Source: an uncultured Verrucomicrobiae bacterium
GTDB lineage: Bacteria; Verrucomicrobiota; Verrucomicrobiia; Chthoniobacterales; JAFAMB01
Reading direction: 5' to 3'
Assembly (NCBI GenBank): GCA_963782115.1
Contig: CAWAIK010000003.1
Span: 32,001 to 96,000, forward strand
Length of the DNA stretch: 64,000 nucleotides
The notes under the pieces were generated by a model. It was not told the origin of the DNA and did not search any database. It saw only the letters and a list, made by a program, of their open reading frames with translations. Position 1 is the first letter of the stretch; every line of letters starts with the position of its first letter. The position numbers were made by a program, and so were the translations under genes. Positions 1 to 10,614 of the stretch are shown here, piece after piece.

Positions 1-419
1 AAGAATTGAAAGCCTTTGCCAAAGTCGCCCTGCAACCCGGCGAAGGGCAAACGGTCCGCTTCGAGCTCGATCGACGCGCTTTTACCTATTACGACACTTC
101 CACGCACGGCTGGGTGGTACATCCGGGTCAATTTGACCTGCTCGTGGGCGGCTCTTCCCAGGACCTCCCGCTAAAACAGACGGTTGAAGTGCGGACAACG
201 CAACCGGGTTACCCCCTGCTGACGCGCAACTCGCTGCTCAAAGAGTTTAAACTCCATCTGAAGGGCAAAGCCTTTTACCCGCAGTTGGCCGAAGCTTTCG
301 GCTTAGGAAATCCGGACGAAGCTGACATGATGGTCAGGGCTTTCCTGGACGACATGCCGCTGTACAAAATTCACGCCTTTTCTGAAGGCAGGTTTACCGA
401 AGGCTGGAAGACATTTTGA
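1..419 (+). CDS. C-terminal part of a GH3 beta-glucosidase (fibronectin type III-like domain), entering from the window edge
   Basis: ELKAFAKVALQPGEGQTVRFELDRRAFTYYD...WVVHPGQFDLLVGGSSQDL is the typical GH3 Fn3-like tail. Confidence 0.85.
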   Translation, partial: ELKAFAKVALQPGEGQTVRFELDRRAFTYYDTSTHGWVVHPGQFDLLVGGSSQDLPLKQTVEVRTTQPGYPLLTRNSLLKEFKLHLKGKAFYPQLAEAFGLGNPDEADMMVRAFLDDMPLYKIHAFSEGRFTEGWKTF

Positions 420-659
420 AACAGGTGTGATGATCATCGGCGGGGCTGTCGCAGTGACCAACCGTTCGGCGCCTCTGATCCCACTCACCGCATCGCTTGG
501 CTGGTACGGGGTGGCGCCGATCCCAAGGCTGTGGATCGGAACCGGCAACACATGAAGAAAAGCGGCCAGCCGGGACACTGCGGTGAGTGCAGCCGCAGGA
601 GAGCGCGGATTTTGGACGCGCCGCGGATTGGTGACGATGGAATAAAATTCGCAGAGTAT

Positions 660-748
660 TCCTTCACCAAACGCTCGGTGTCGGTGCCGGCCTTGGTAGC
701 GATCTGCCCAATCTGTGCTTCCTGCTCAGGGGTGAAGTGTACTTCCAT
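660..748 (-). pseudogene. N-terminal remnant of a small antitoxin/CopG-like protein
   Basis: MEVHFTPEQEAQIGQIATKAGTDTERLVKE resembles small antitoxin N-termini; the plausible sequence ends after ~30 aa. Confidence 0.35.
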
Positions 749-1504
749 ACCGTTCAAGATACGAAAAAAGCGCCGCTGCTGGTCGTTAAAATCGCTCATG
801 ACTACTCGAATTTAGGGCTCCCGCTCCTCGATTTGATTTCTGAAGGAAACATCGGTTTGATGAAGGCCGTCGAACGCTTTGACCCGGCAAAGGGTGGCAA
901 GTTGAGTACGTATGGTGCTTGGTGGATCAAGCAATCGATCAAACGGGCGATGGCGAACCAGAGTAAGACGATCCGCTTTCCAATACATCTGATCGACAAG
1001 ATCTACAAACTAAACCGAGCCTCGCTGAAAATGAGCGAGGAGTTAGGTCGTGAACCGACCAATGAAGAACTGTCCGAAGAGATCGGTATCTCGAGCACGA
1101 AGCTTTCTCAGTTGAAGAGGGTTTCGATTCGACCGGCGTCCCTTGATGCTCCGATTAGCGATGATGATTCAACCGAATTTGGTGAGATCGTTGGGGATGA
1201 AGATGCGCAGACGCCGTTCGAGTTGTTCAGAGACCAGAACATGCGCGACGAACTTAGCGAGCTTTTGGAGGTGTTGGACGACCGGGAGCGCAAGATTATC
1301 TTCAAGCGATTCGGGTTGGACGGCGGCAAACCGAAGACCCTCGAAGAAGTGGGTAAGAAGTTTGGGGTTACGCGTGAGCGTATCCGTCAGCTCCAGAATA
1401 TCGCCTTGGCGAAATTGCGTCGGTCGCCGTCACAAAGGCTAGTTAGCCGAAATCCACATAAATTGATAGAACTCACACATAAAGCCTCCTCCGCCGCCCG
1501 TTAA
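737..1504 (+). pseudogene. RpoD/SigA-family sigma-70 factor, 5'-truncated (regions 2-4 only)
   Basis: DLISEGNIGLMKAVERFD, KLSTYGAWWIKQSI, ASLDAPI, TLEEVGKKFGVTRERIRQLQ. Recognisable sequence runs only from ~776 to ~1425. Confidence 0.85.
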
Positions 1505-2701
1505 TAGGACGACCGATTCAATAGCTTCCGTCCCAAAAGGCGACGTTAAAATAGACGTTATTCCAGCGGCAACCAAAGAGAAGTGCAAGGTCACACCGTT
1601 TCCGTTGTCACGCCCATGAATGTCGCTGGCCAACGCCTGGGCAAATCCATCAATGGCCGCGCCAAGTGCGGCGACAACAACAATAACGACTGTAGCCGGT
1701 GGCGCTGCAGCATCGAGCGTGGCGACGGCAGCAATCGACCCGCCCTCCTCTGTCCATGATACAAAAAGTGAGGCCCCTCCGGCAAGACCGGACAACCAGT
1801 TGTAGAACTTTTGCGTACAGTCCTCGTTGAGAATGATGTCGCAACCGTACCACGCGGCCGTAAGTTTGAGGCATTGCGCTACAGACTGAAGCTGTTGCTG
1901 ATCCTGCTGCGTCTGTGCCTGTCTAGCCCGAAAGAGAGCGCCATCGTTTTGGAACAACGTCACTGCACAAGAATAATTAAAGCTTGTGCTCAAATCTCCA
2001 ATGTCCTGTACCGTTCTTTGAATTTGACAGAGGTTGTCTGCTATCGTATTTGCCGGGCATCCTCTGGTCACTGCAGCAGATCCTATCGCCTGCGCAGCAA
2101 CAAGGGCGGACTCAGCATCGGGGTACCAATAATTGCTTATCGTGGCCAGAAGGTCGAGACCTTGTTGTGCCAGCTGAGCGCGCTTAACGGGGTCGGTTGA
2201 GGCTTCCATCTGACCACCAATATCATTGGCTTGTGGATAAACCACAGTCTGCGCTTTAGCCAGATCGTTAGAAACGCGGGTCTTTAGTGTATCCAAGATC
2301 TTCATATATGTGTCACATGACACCGCGCCACTAATGCTCGCTATCTCTTGGCCCATGACGCCTTTAAAAGTGGCGTTCCTTGTGGCTGGTGTGTACTGAT
2401 TGGCAACAACGAGAGGGCCACGCGGAGCCACGGTCTTGGCAAATAGACCGGTGTTACACCAGTTATGAAGGGCGATCACATCAGGTAATACGTCTCTAGA
2501 TGTTGTTAGCAAAATAGAGTCTGGGAGCTTACTTACTACCCGTTTTTTAGTTGGGTCAATAAGACCTTGTTTCTGAAACAATTCGATCATTGTCCCGAAT
2601 CCGTCTGCCATTCGAGCGGGAACCGCGAATGGTGTGACAACGGTGCGTGGGCTTGGTGACAACCGGCCACTGAATGTTTTGATGCTTGTGCCGTACAGCA
2701 T
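1439..2701 (-). CDS. hypothetical 420-aa protein with helical centre and hydrophobic Ala/Gly-rich C-terminus
   Basis: Long intact ORF; no family recognised. Confidence 0.7.
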   Translation of the reverse strand: MLYGTSIKTFSGRLSPSPRTVVTPFAVPARMADGFGTMIELFQKQGLIDPTKKRVVSKLPDSILLTTSRDVLPDVIALHNWCNTGLFAKTVAPRGPLVVANQYTPATRNATFKGVMGQEIASISGAVSCDTYMKILDTLKTRVSNDLAKAQTVVYPQANDIGGQMEASTDPVKRAQLAQQGLDLLATISNYWYPDAESALVAAQAIGSAAVTRGCPANTIADNLCQIQRTVQDIGDLSTSFNYSCAVTLFQNDGALFRARQAQTQQDQQQLQSVAQCLKLTAAWYGCDIILNEDCTQKFYNWLSGLAGGASLFVSWTEEGGSIAAVATLDAAAPPATVVIVVVAALGAAIDGFAQALASDIHGRDNGNGVTLHFSLVAAGITSILTSPFGTEAIESVVLLTGGGGGFMCEFYQFMWISAN

Positions 2702-3039
2702 GGGAGTAGTCTTTCAGTTCAAAATGCAGAAATCAGAAAAAGTGTGTTTTCCATTTCCCCATGTACCCTGTTTTAGGAAGTCCTTAGGTGGCTTGTTGGC
2801 CTTGGAGTACCTTCTCACGGAGATAGATCCGGAACTTTGGGCTGCCAGGCAACGCGCGTTCCGATCAACTGGCGTAGAGACGGTCGACACCCGTGGCGTT
2901 TTCGTTTCGGAACAAAATCATTCGGAAAAACTTGGGCGAATTAACCAGGAAAAAAGCTTCGCAATCCGCGTTTTCAAAAAGATTTTCAACATTTTCCGGA
3001 GTTAGGAATAACTAATATGGGCGACAGCCTGCAGCTGCC

Positions 3040-3190
3040 TGAACCTGATCCTGGCAGGCGCGGGAGATCTCCCGGGTCCTCCAGCCAGTGCGCCCCGGTC
3101 GCCAATGGAATCGATCTCTCCCTGCTGGAACGCGTCAGCCTAATCGAGTGGGATAACGCTCTACGACCTATATCCTCACCGGAAGCTCGT
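3040..3190 (+). pseudogene. Tn3-family transposase C-terminal remnant
   Basis: GIDLSLLERVSLIEWDN matches the LxxxSPxxWxN tail of Tn3 transposases. Confidence 0.5.
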
Positions 3191-3837
3191 CCGCCGGTGC
3201 CATCTCCCAAAAAGGGCCGCTCTTAGCGGTATAAAATTACACGAATCAGCCTAATACGGGGTGTTGGGGAGCAACGTCCTCGGCGGTCAAGTTTAAGAGT
3301 TGAGCAACCTTAAGCTCCTGTTCCGGTATGGAGGCTTGCCTCCGCAGAAGGAGCTTTACCCAGGAGAACCGAAGCGATCAGCTACGAACGTGTGCCAAAA
3401 TATCGCCGAAAGAATTCTGCCAAATAATTCCGAAAGTATCAGCCACTCGCAGAATTAGCCTGGTCTAATGTTTGGCGCACATAAGCTAGAGTCGAGTAGG
3501 TCCCGCAATCATCCTCAATCTGTAATCACACTCTTGCTCGCGGAGACCTACTCGACTCTAGGTCTAGGACACGGCGTTTACGGCTGCGCGGATTTTTCCG
3601 TTTCGCCCGGCACGACGACCGGAAACTGAGAAACCTTCTGGCATCTCGGATCGACCTCGTTGGTCTAACTCGAGTAACACCAGGCTGGCGGGACCCCGAG
3701 CCCACACTTCGTCTCCAGCGATGAATCACGATCTCAAGATTCCGCTTTAGCGGCGGGATCACATTCCTACCGCTGGACATTTCTTCCCGCGTGAAGCGCC
3801 TGATGCTGTGATTGCGGCTATTCGGGAATTAGCTGGC

Positions 3838-4189
3838 CATGCACGCTGTCGCCCTGGTTGATGTTCTCTCGCAAGAACTCCTCGGCCAGTGGATCCTCCA
3901 GGAATTTCTCCACAGCACGGCGCATCGGTCGAGCCCGTAGGTTGGATCGTGTCCTTTATCGATCAGAAACTCGACTGCGCTCCTATCTATCTAGCTGAAC
4001 CTTGATATTCTTGCCGCGTACCCGCTCGATGACTTTTGCCACCTCGAGATCCACAATCTTGACTAGGTCGTTCCGCTCGAGTTGGTGGAAGACGATCATG
4101 TCATCCAACCGGTTTAAGAATTCCGGTTTAAACACTCTTTTTGATTCATCCAGAATCTTATCGCGCATTGCCTCGTACTTTTGTAACCC
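3838..4189 (-). pseudogene. ClpC/ClpB AAA+ chaperone C-terminal fragment
   Basis: FKPEFLNRLDDMIVFHQL...IVDLEV, then after a stop and frameshift FLIDKGHDP, RPMRRAVEKFLEDPLAEE. Confidence 0.85.
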
Positions 4190-4486
4190 CTAATAGCCGT
4201 AGTCCGGATAATTATACCCGTAGTATGGGTTATCATACCAAAAGGGATCTCCAAAAAAGAAATGTCTCCCGTGCCGGAAATGATTTTCGTGCCGCGCAAA
4301 GTGCGCTCCTTGGTGTTGTGTGAAGCTATGGCCGGCAAAACTATGCCCGGCAAACCCCGCGAAATGGCCGCCGCCACCACCGAAATGGCCACCTCCTCCT
4401 CCACCATGTGCGAACGCGGCGGTGGGCGCGAGTGCCAGAATGCCGGCCAGAACCAGACCGACAAGTGAACCTTTGATTGATCTCAT
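4190..4486 (-). CDS. small secreted Gly/His/Tyr-rich protein
   Basis: Signal peptide ending AFA, then HGGGGGGHFGGGGGHF, Arg/His segment, YYGYNYPDYGY tail; paralog at 42636. Confidence 0.75.
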   Translation of the reverse strand: MRSIKGSLVGLVLAGILALAPTAAFAHGGGGGGHFGGGGGHFAGFAGHSFAGHSFTQHQGAHFARHENHFRHGRHFFFGDPFWYDNPYYGYNYPDYGY

Positions 4487-5168
4487 AAACTACCTTTCTG
4501 ATCAAACCATCACTTTAATCGCGCAGCGACGATAATTAGATGTTTTGATTCCATATCAGGCTCGCTGATAAGACGCCTTCCTGCGTTTTCGCGGCGTTGT
4601 CTTCGGTATCGGTCTGGCAGCTGCCAGACTGTTACCGGCTTTGTTCGCTTAGCCGGGGAAACTAGCGCGGATAGCTCTTTTCGGATCGAATTGGCAATGA
4701 TAAGAAGCGCAAGCTTCCCGCTTTCGACCACCTCAACGAGCCCTATCTCGAACGGCTAGCGGCTGTCGGTGTAAAGCCTGAAGCGGTGGACTATGTCCTG
4801 CTCACCGATTTGCATACAGATCATGTCGATCCGGGTAAAAGTTATAATGGGCCTATAATTTGGGAAAAACTGTTGTCGGTCCAATTCGGATCTACTCCAG
4901 CGAGACAGAAATCTCACACAGATATGGAGACATCGAGCCATCTCGAATCCTTCCCCTGATCGTCGGGTAGTCCGAGGATTCAGAAACGAGTTTCTCCCAG
5001 ACATTTGAATCAAATGTAACTTTCATCAGTTTGCTCTTGCGCTCTGCTGATCACGAATTCTTTCGGGGCGGTCTGGTGGCCATGTATCTGACCGCTTGCC
5101 GGTTATTAAAAATATTTCTGTCCGGATGAGTTCGTGAAGCCTAACGTGTGTAAACTCTTGCCTCCCCT

Positions 5169-6278
5169 TTAGATTGAAAGGCGTGGTCCCATGCCGAGTT
5201 CATTGCGGTACCGGTTCTCCGTGTAAAGACGCTGGTGGCCGGTAGCGCGCACATCGAAGCCTGGCAGGCCGATGACCATCAGCTCGTTCTCGGTATGGTC
5301 GTCGGTAAAGATCTGGCGGCCACTCACGTAGTACCAGGCGTGAATGAGTTCGTGGAATAGGCCCACGTGAGCCGGACGCGAGCTTGCGCCAGACAATTCG
5401 TTCCAGGGATCGAACTCGACCGTGACCTTGGCGCCCGATCCATGGTCGAGCCAAGGCTCTAGGGCTAGGACGAGGTAGCGGAAGCCGCGGTCGCCGGCCG
5501 TAGGCAGCTCCTTCGAGCCGTCGAGCCAGGCCGTCACGACAACCTCGTTCACCTTGCCGAGCTTCGCGCCGCCGGCGTCGGCGGCGTCGCCGAGGGTTTT
5601 TGTGGGGATCAAGGGCCTTGGTAAGCCCCGGTCCAATCGAAGGCGCATCGCAATGTCCGATGTAATCGAAAAGTCAGCTTTTAAGCCACATGCCGTGAGA
5701 GCGGCTTTAATCCACGACATCCACTCGTTCATACCTGGATATGTATCGGGTTTATGGACGTCAGCCATGTCATCAGACAAAGGAGCCGTTACGCCCGTCG
5801 GTCAACGGGCGAGCGCCTCGGCGCACAGCCGGTCGATCATGGTGACCGCCGGAACAATGACGCGTTGGCTGCGTATGAACGACGCGATAGAACCCGCTCT
5901 GAGCTTCGACTTACGGGCTGCCTGCTGCAGCACTGGTAGGGGATTGGCGGCGGCGATCGGCTCGCGGAACGGATTGCCCAGCGCCTTGGAGGTGTTGGGC
6001 GATCCTCCGTTGCACTTCATGTAGGTGGCGACGAAAAGCTTGGGGAAGCGGACCTTCACGTCCTTGCCGGCCCTCCCAAGACTCGACAGTAAGGCCAACC
6101 CCACCTTAGTCGAGGCGATCTTGTCCAACAGCGCGATTACCTCATGAAGGTACTTGCCGCTAAAACCTCTCTTCGGGACGACCTTATGCTTCTTGGCGTC
6201 CGCCTTGTCAGCGGACGAGGCGATGGGGTCGTGTTCGATCAGAAGGTGCGGGAAGTTGCGGTACGGCGCGGTCGGCAT
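5169..6278 (-). pseudogene. M91 (NleD-like) zinc metallopeptidase, interrupted by one in-frame TGA at 5802-5804
   Basis: LLDKIASTKVGLALL, LFHELIHAW, ENELMVIGL, TENRYRNELGMGPR; ORFs 5802-6323 and 5169-5780 share a frame. Confidence 0.7.
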
Positions 6279-6476
6279 GGTGCGTCCAGGGGTGGTTTCG
6301 TTTGCAGTTAAATCATGGAGCAACCCAAGGGCTTTGTATGGCTCCCAAATTCATTGCTAAATCATTAAAATCCTGAAGCAAATGTGGGCTGGATTGCGCT
6401 ACAATTCAAAGCCCAATCTGACATTGGTGCATCCTTTCTTTTGGCGTTCCTGCGTTACAGAATCCATCTCGATGCA

Positions 6477-6726
6477 TGTCGATTGTAGGTAAATGCAAAA
6501 ACATCGTTCTTGACAGGGAGCCTCTGAGACCGAGTGGCAAGAGGCGTGTCGACGCGAAGCGGCGATCCGTCATTGATTGAATCTGGGCCAGTCAGTCACG
6601 CACGAGCCGATGTGGTTGCTGAGATCTGGGCATCAGCCGCGCCAAAAGATCGCAAATGGTCTACGATTTAAATGCAAAAATCTGACCTCAAAATGTGCCA
6701 GTCTACGAAATTAGCTGCAATCGACA
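6477..6726. mobile_element. 250-bp internally deleted transposon with TGTCGA...TCGACA ends and a TniA/TnsB-like N-terminal remnant
   Basis: Left TGTCGATTGTAGGTAAAT; right end reverse complement TGTCGATTGCAGCTAATTTCGTAGAC; internal GTCTACGATTTAAATG motif; interior reads ASETEWQEACRREAAIR. Confidence 0.65.
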
Positions 6727-6780
6727 GTGATTAAGGGCAGCAAAAATGTCGAAATCCGCCCATTAAGAGCAATTTTCAGG

Positions 6781-6915
6781 GTCGCGAGTGCAAATTCCAC
6801 TAATAAAGGGCATCGCGACAGCAGTGTTTGGAATAGGACCGGCGACCCAGATCTACCTGGCGGTGGGAGCCACCGATATGCGAAAACGCTTTGAAGGGTG
6901 GAACGAGTTCGATAT
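6781..6915 (+). ncRNA. candidate structured non-coding RNA upstream of the RT
   Basis: Consecutive hairpins: GTCGCGA-g-TGC/GCA-TCGCGAC (6781-6819), CCAG/CTGG (6847-6860), CGGTGG/CCACCG (6861-6875), GCG-AAAA-CGC (6880-6889). Confidence 0.4.
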
Positions 6916-6930
6916 TAAAGGTTGTTGGGG

Positions 6931-8696
6931 ATGACCCAATCTGAATATCATGTGAACCTGTCGCGTCCGGGCATTCTTGCGGTGAGAGCGGTTAACCAGT
7001 ATCGCCGCAGAGACGTGCTGCCTTATCTCGGCCTTAGATACTATTTGTACAACAGCGCGGCAAGAGCGGACGCCTGGGCCCGGTACGTGGCAACCCATCT
7101 CGTTTTGACGCGGGGAGCGCCTCCGTACTTCCGAGCATATCATTTCAAAGAAATTGGAAAGACCAAAAGCGTCGAACACAGGCCGCTCCTTCTGCCAGGT
7201 CCGAATGAGGCCCTCGCCGAAGCTGCCTTGCTTGAGGAGTGCTCGAAGTGCCCAGGCGCATTCGCGAATCCGACTTGCGTATTTAGTTATGGTTTGAGTC
7301 GTGGAAAGGTACGTGCCGGAGTCTTCGAGCATTATTTTATCGGACTGCGAGATCGCCAAACAGCTGTTGCTAAAGCCTGCGACGATTGTCCGAGTGGCGT
7401 GGTTCAGTACACCGACATTCAACGGTTTTATCCATCGATTCAGTCAACTCTTGTCCTGCAAGCTTGGCAGCAGCAAGCAGAAATGGAAAAGCTCTCGCCC
7501 GCTTTTCGCACTTTGGGCGAAAAACTGATTGATAGCCATGCGAATGCTGCCCGTGACAACGAGGCTGGGATTTTGACCGGACCAATGTTCAGTCATCTTT
7601 TGGGAAACCTCGTTCTGAGGACGTTGGATGAATATTTTTCCAAAAATCTGTCTGCGAAGTACTTTCGTTATGTTGATGACATAATTTTTGTTGGCGAATC
7701 GACTGCGGTGCACAGTGCGCATAGCGAGGCCAAAGCGCGACTATTAGAACTAGGTTTTAAACTTCATGATCAGGACTCCGACAAACACCTGGAGTAGCCG
7801 CAGAAGAGTGGCTCAGAGCGCGAAATGATTATCATGAAGGAGGGCGGGGAATTTCCTGGAAATCCCTGATTGGCGACCTGAAGCGATTTCTTTTATTAAA
7901 TCCGAAAAGACGCGAAGAGCTTCAAAGCGCATTCCGTCAGGAAGGCTTTCGCCTCCCGGTCCATGACTATTCCTCTGCGGCCCATGAAGCAGGATTCTTA
8001 GATAGAATTCGGATTTTTGCTGCTCAGTCGTGGTTTCGGCGAAAAAGTCAGACCGTTTCTATCAAGACTCTGCTCAGTCAGGCAAGGTGGCTCCGGAAAC
8101 GCTACGAGGAGCAGTTTCACAGAGACTTAGATAAAGTTGCCAATGTTAGCCCGTTCGGTCGCAAACGGCTGACGCCTAAACTGCGCTACCGTGCTAGTCG
8201 CTTAATCTATCTGGCGAATGACGATGTTTTGGCCTCACTTTCTCATTATGCGCGGGAGGTCCCTGAACTCTTCTTTCACTCGAAGGTAATGGCAGGAATT
8301 GCATCCCGAAACATTGACCAACTTCTTGGGTTGGGTACAAATGCTGGGCAGGCTGCGGCGCAGCCCCTGAGAGCGTCCGGCGAGCGTGTCGCGATGACTC
8401 GATCAGACCTCTCGGAGCCAGAAGAGCAGTCGCTTGCGGTTTTTTTGCTCAATGGGGTGCCAGTGACACGAGGTAATCGGGGAAGCAGTGGCATGTCCGA
8501 GCTGATGCGATTCACGACCGTAGGCGCGGATAGGGCGCTGACGAAGAGCATCAATCCTTTCATTCGGGAAATTGCCTGCCTTCACGGTCTCGCAGGAAAG
8601 CCCCGCCACCCGGAGGTTCTCGAATCCGTCTTCGACGTGGATGAAGATCTAGCAATGGACGCAATTGATCAACTCCAACAGTCCGCTTCTCCTTGA
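6931..8696 (+). CDS. stand-alone reverse transcriptase (UG/Abi-like, ~590 aa), one frameshift near 7794
   Basis: RT motifs VFSY, YTDIQRFYPSI, GILTGPMFSHLLGNLVL, YFRYVDDIIFVG. Adding one G at CTGGAG^TAGCC gives LEVAAEEWLRAR... open to the 8696 stop. Confidence 0.9.
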
Positions 8697-9439
8697 GGGC
8701 TACGCGGTGACAGTGAGCGTTTAAGCGTGACGTAATCTCTTTTACCTGGATACTTAGACCGGATGTTGTGTTCAATTAAAACGTAGACTAGGCCTCGATG
8801 ATTTCTCCTCTGAGTCTACGATTTAATTGGAGAAAGTTTTTACAGTTAATCGTTGACTTAATTCGCAAAGCGACTTCCTTTTCCGTTGCGATACTATAGC
8901 ACATAATGCAGAGCTGTTTTAGACCAGCGACGCGGCGGAAGTGGCTTGGAGAGCAGTCGGAGGGTGATCGCCGCGACGGTGATCTAAAACTGGGTTGGAC
9001 TAAGCCGTTGCCCAGCGCGTGGCCTATGGGTATTGATTGTTGGCCGGTTTTCGGGCGAGGGGCCCCTGGAGTCGGAAGTGAGCGCGTGGGATTGCTTTGT
9101 AGGATCGCGGTGCCTGGAGTGACCTATGAAGGTGTAGGGGTAATGAGATCTGTGCCTCAGATTTTCTTCGGGATGAGCCGTTTGGCAACGTTGCTCCTGT
9201 CGCTCGGTTCGGCCAAGCTTGTGCAACACGGTTGGATCTCGATGCAAAAGCAGTCCTCTTCATCATGAAGTATCCTTGATCGGGGTTACCTGCCTGTGCG
9301 GGCCTGGCGCCAAGATCTCAATCACCAGCATGCGACCTTGGTGACAGACTGGGCATTCCCATAACGAAGAGCCGGTGAGTTGTTCATAACGATCACGATA
9401 GTCTTTGCTGAGCTCTGAAGCCGGTGGTTCCGGCGCCGG

Positions 9440-9755
9440 CATTTCGTCTTTTGCTGGGCGTCATGACGATAATCCTTGTAACGAAAGCTCACCTTGCCCT
9501 CCGCGATGTCCAACAAACGATTGTTAGAGATCGCCACGCGATGAGTATAGCGCCCGACGTAGTCCAACACCTGCTCGGGCCCGGCGAAAGGCCGCTTGGC
9601 GTAGACCACCCATTCGGTCGCGCGGGTCGGAGCCAGGTAATCCAGGAATGGGGACCGATCCCGGAGCGATTCTAGCGAAGAGAAAAACTCCAGTTTACCG
9701 GCGTCATAAGCTTTGACCAATTGTTCCAGGAACAGACGGCGAAACAAACGGGAAC
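9440..9755 (-). pseudogene. IS91-family (Y2) transposase fragment
   Basis: FRRLFLEQL...WVVYAKRPFAGPEQVLDYVGRYTHRVAISNNRLL...VSFRYKDYR. Confidence 0.85.
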
Positions 9756-10524
9756 TCGCGACCGTGCGACCGTTCCATGTGGCTGCATGGATCGAGGACT
9801 TTCCCAGGGTCCAAACCGACCATTAAGCAAAAGCTCGCTGCGGTGCGGATGCTGTACGATTTTCTGGTCGTTCGGCAAATTACACCATCGAATCCGGCAC
9901 ATTCCGTTCGCGGTCCAAAGTATGTGGTGAAAAAAGGCAAGACGCCCGTCTGGAGTCGCGAAGATGCCAAGACGCTGCTGGATTCAATCCCAAAGGATTC
10001 GGTGTCCGGATTACGAGACCTGGCGCTCATTGCCGCGATGTTCTACAGCTTCGCCCGTGTCAGCGCGGTACTGAAACTCAAAGTCACGATTACTATCATA
10101 ACGGCGCGCCGGAGGCTGAGACTCCACGAAAAAGGCGGGAAGGAGCACGAAATGCCGGTGCATCACCTTCTCGAGCAAATATTGGACGAGTACGTTGCCG
10201 CCGCGGGCCTTCAGAGCGGTCAACCGCTGTTCCAGAGCGTTATTCCAGAGCGTTAATTCGGTTGGAACGGAGGTAACGGGGCGCGCTTTGAATCGGTACA
10301 ATGCCTGGGCTGCAATTCGGAAGCGGGCCAAGGCAGCAGGTTTTCTTACCCCCGTCGGATGTCACACCTGGCGGGCAACTGGCGTCACTATTTACCTGGA
10401 GAACGACGGACGGCTCGAGCACGCCCAACAGATGGCCGGCCATGAGTCTCCACGAACAACCAAACTGTACGACCGGACAAAGGACGAGATTACACTGAGC
10501 GAGGTGGAGCGAATCCGATTGTGA
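9752..10524 (+). pseudogene. tyrosine recombinase/integrase, 5'-truncated and frameshifted
   Basis: GLRDLALIAAMFYSFARVSAV, LHEKGGKEH, CHTWRATG, AQQMAGHESPRTTKLYDR; 13-bp tandem duplication at 10230-10255. Confidence 0.9.
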
Positions 10525-10614
10525 AAGAGATCAAAGCGTGATTACAGCAGCGGGATTTGAAGTCCTCGCCGGGTTTGCGGATAGCTCCGGCCGAAGGCAC
10601 GGGGGAACATTCCC

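Noticed and set aside
5802..5804. In-frame TGA as selenocysteine or recoded stop
   Set aside because: No Cys-type catalytic context or evident SECIS; other genes in the window end normally at TGA.
6931..8696. RT as group II intron, retron or DGR
   Set aside because: No intron domain V/VI seen downstream, no retron VTG motif or clear a1/a2 inverted repeats, no template/variable repeat pair with A-specific mismatches found by eye.
8229..8696. Separate 155-aa gene after the RT
   Set aside because: Its frame is open back to ~7794, so it is the RT C-terminus.
8906..9268. ORFs on both strands inside the left end of the 5.3-kb element
   Set aside because: No recognisable motifs or RBS; likely spurious.
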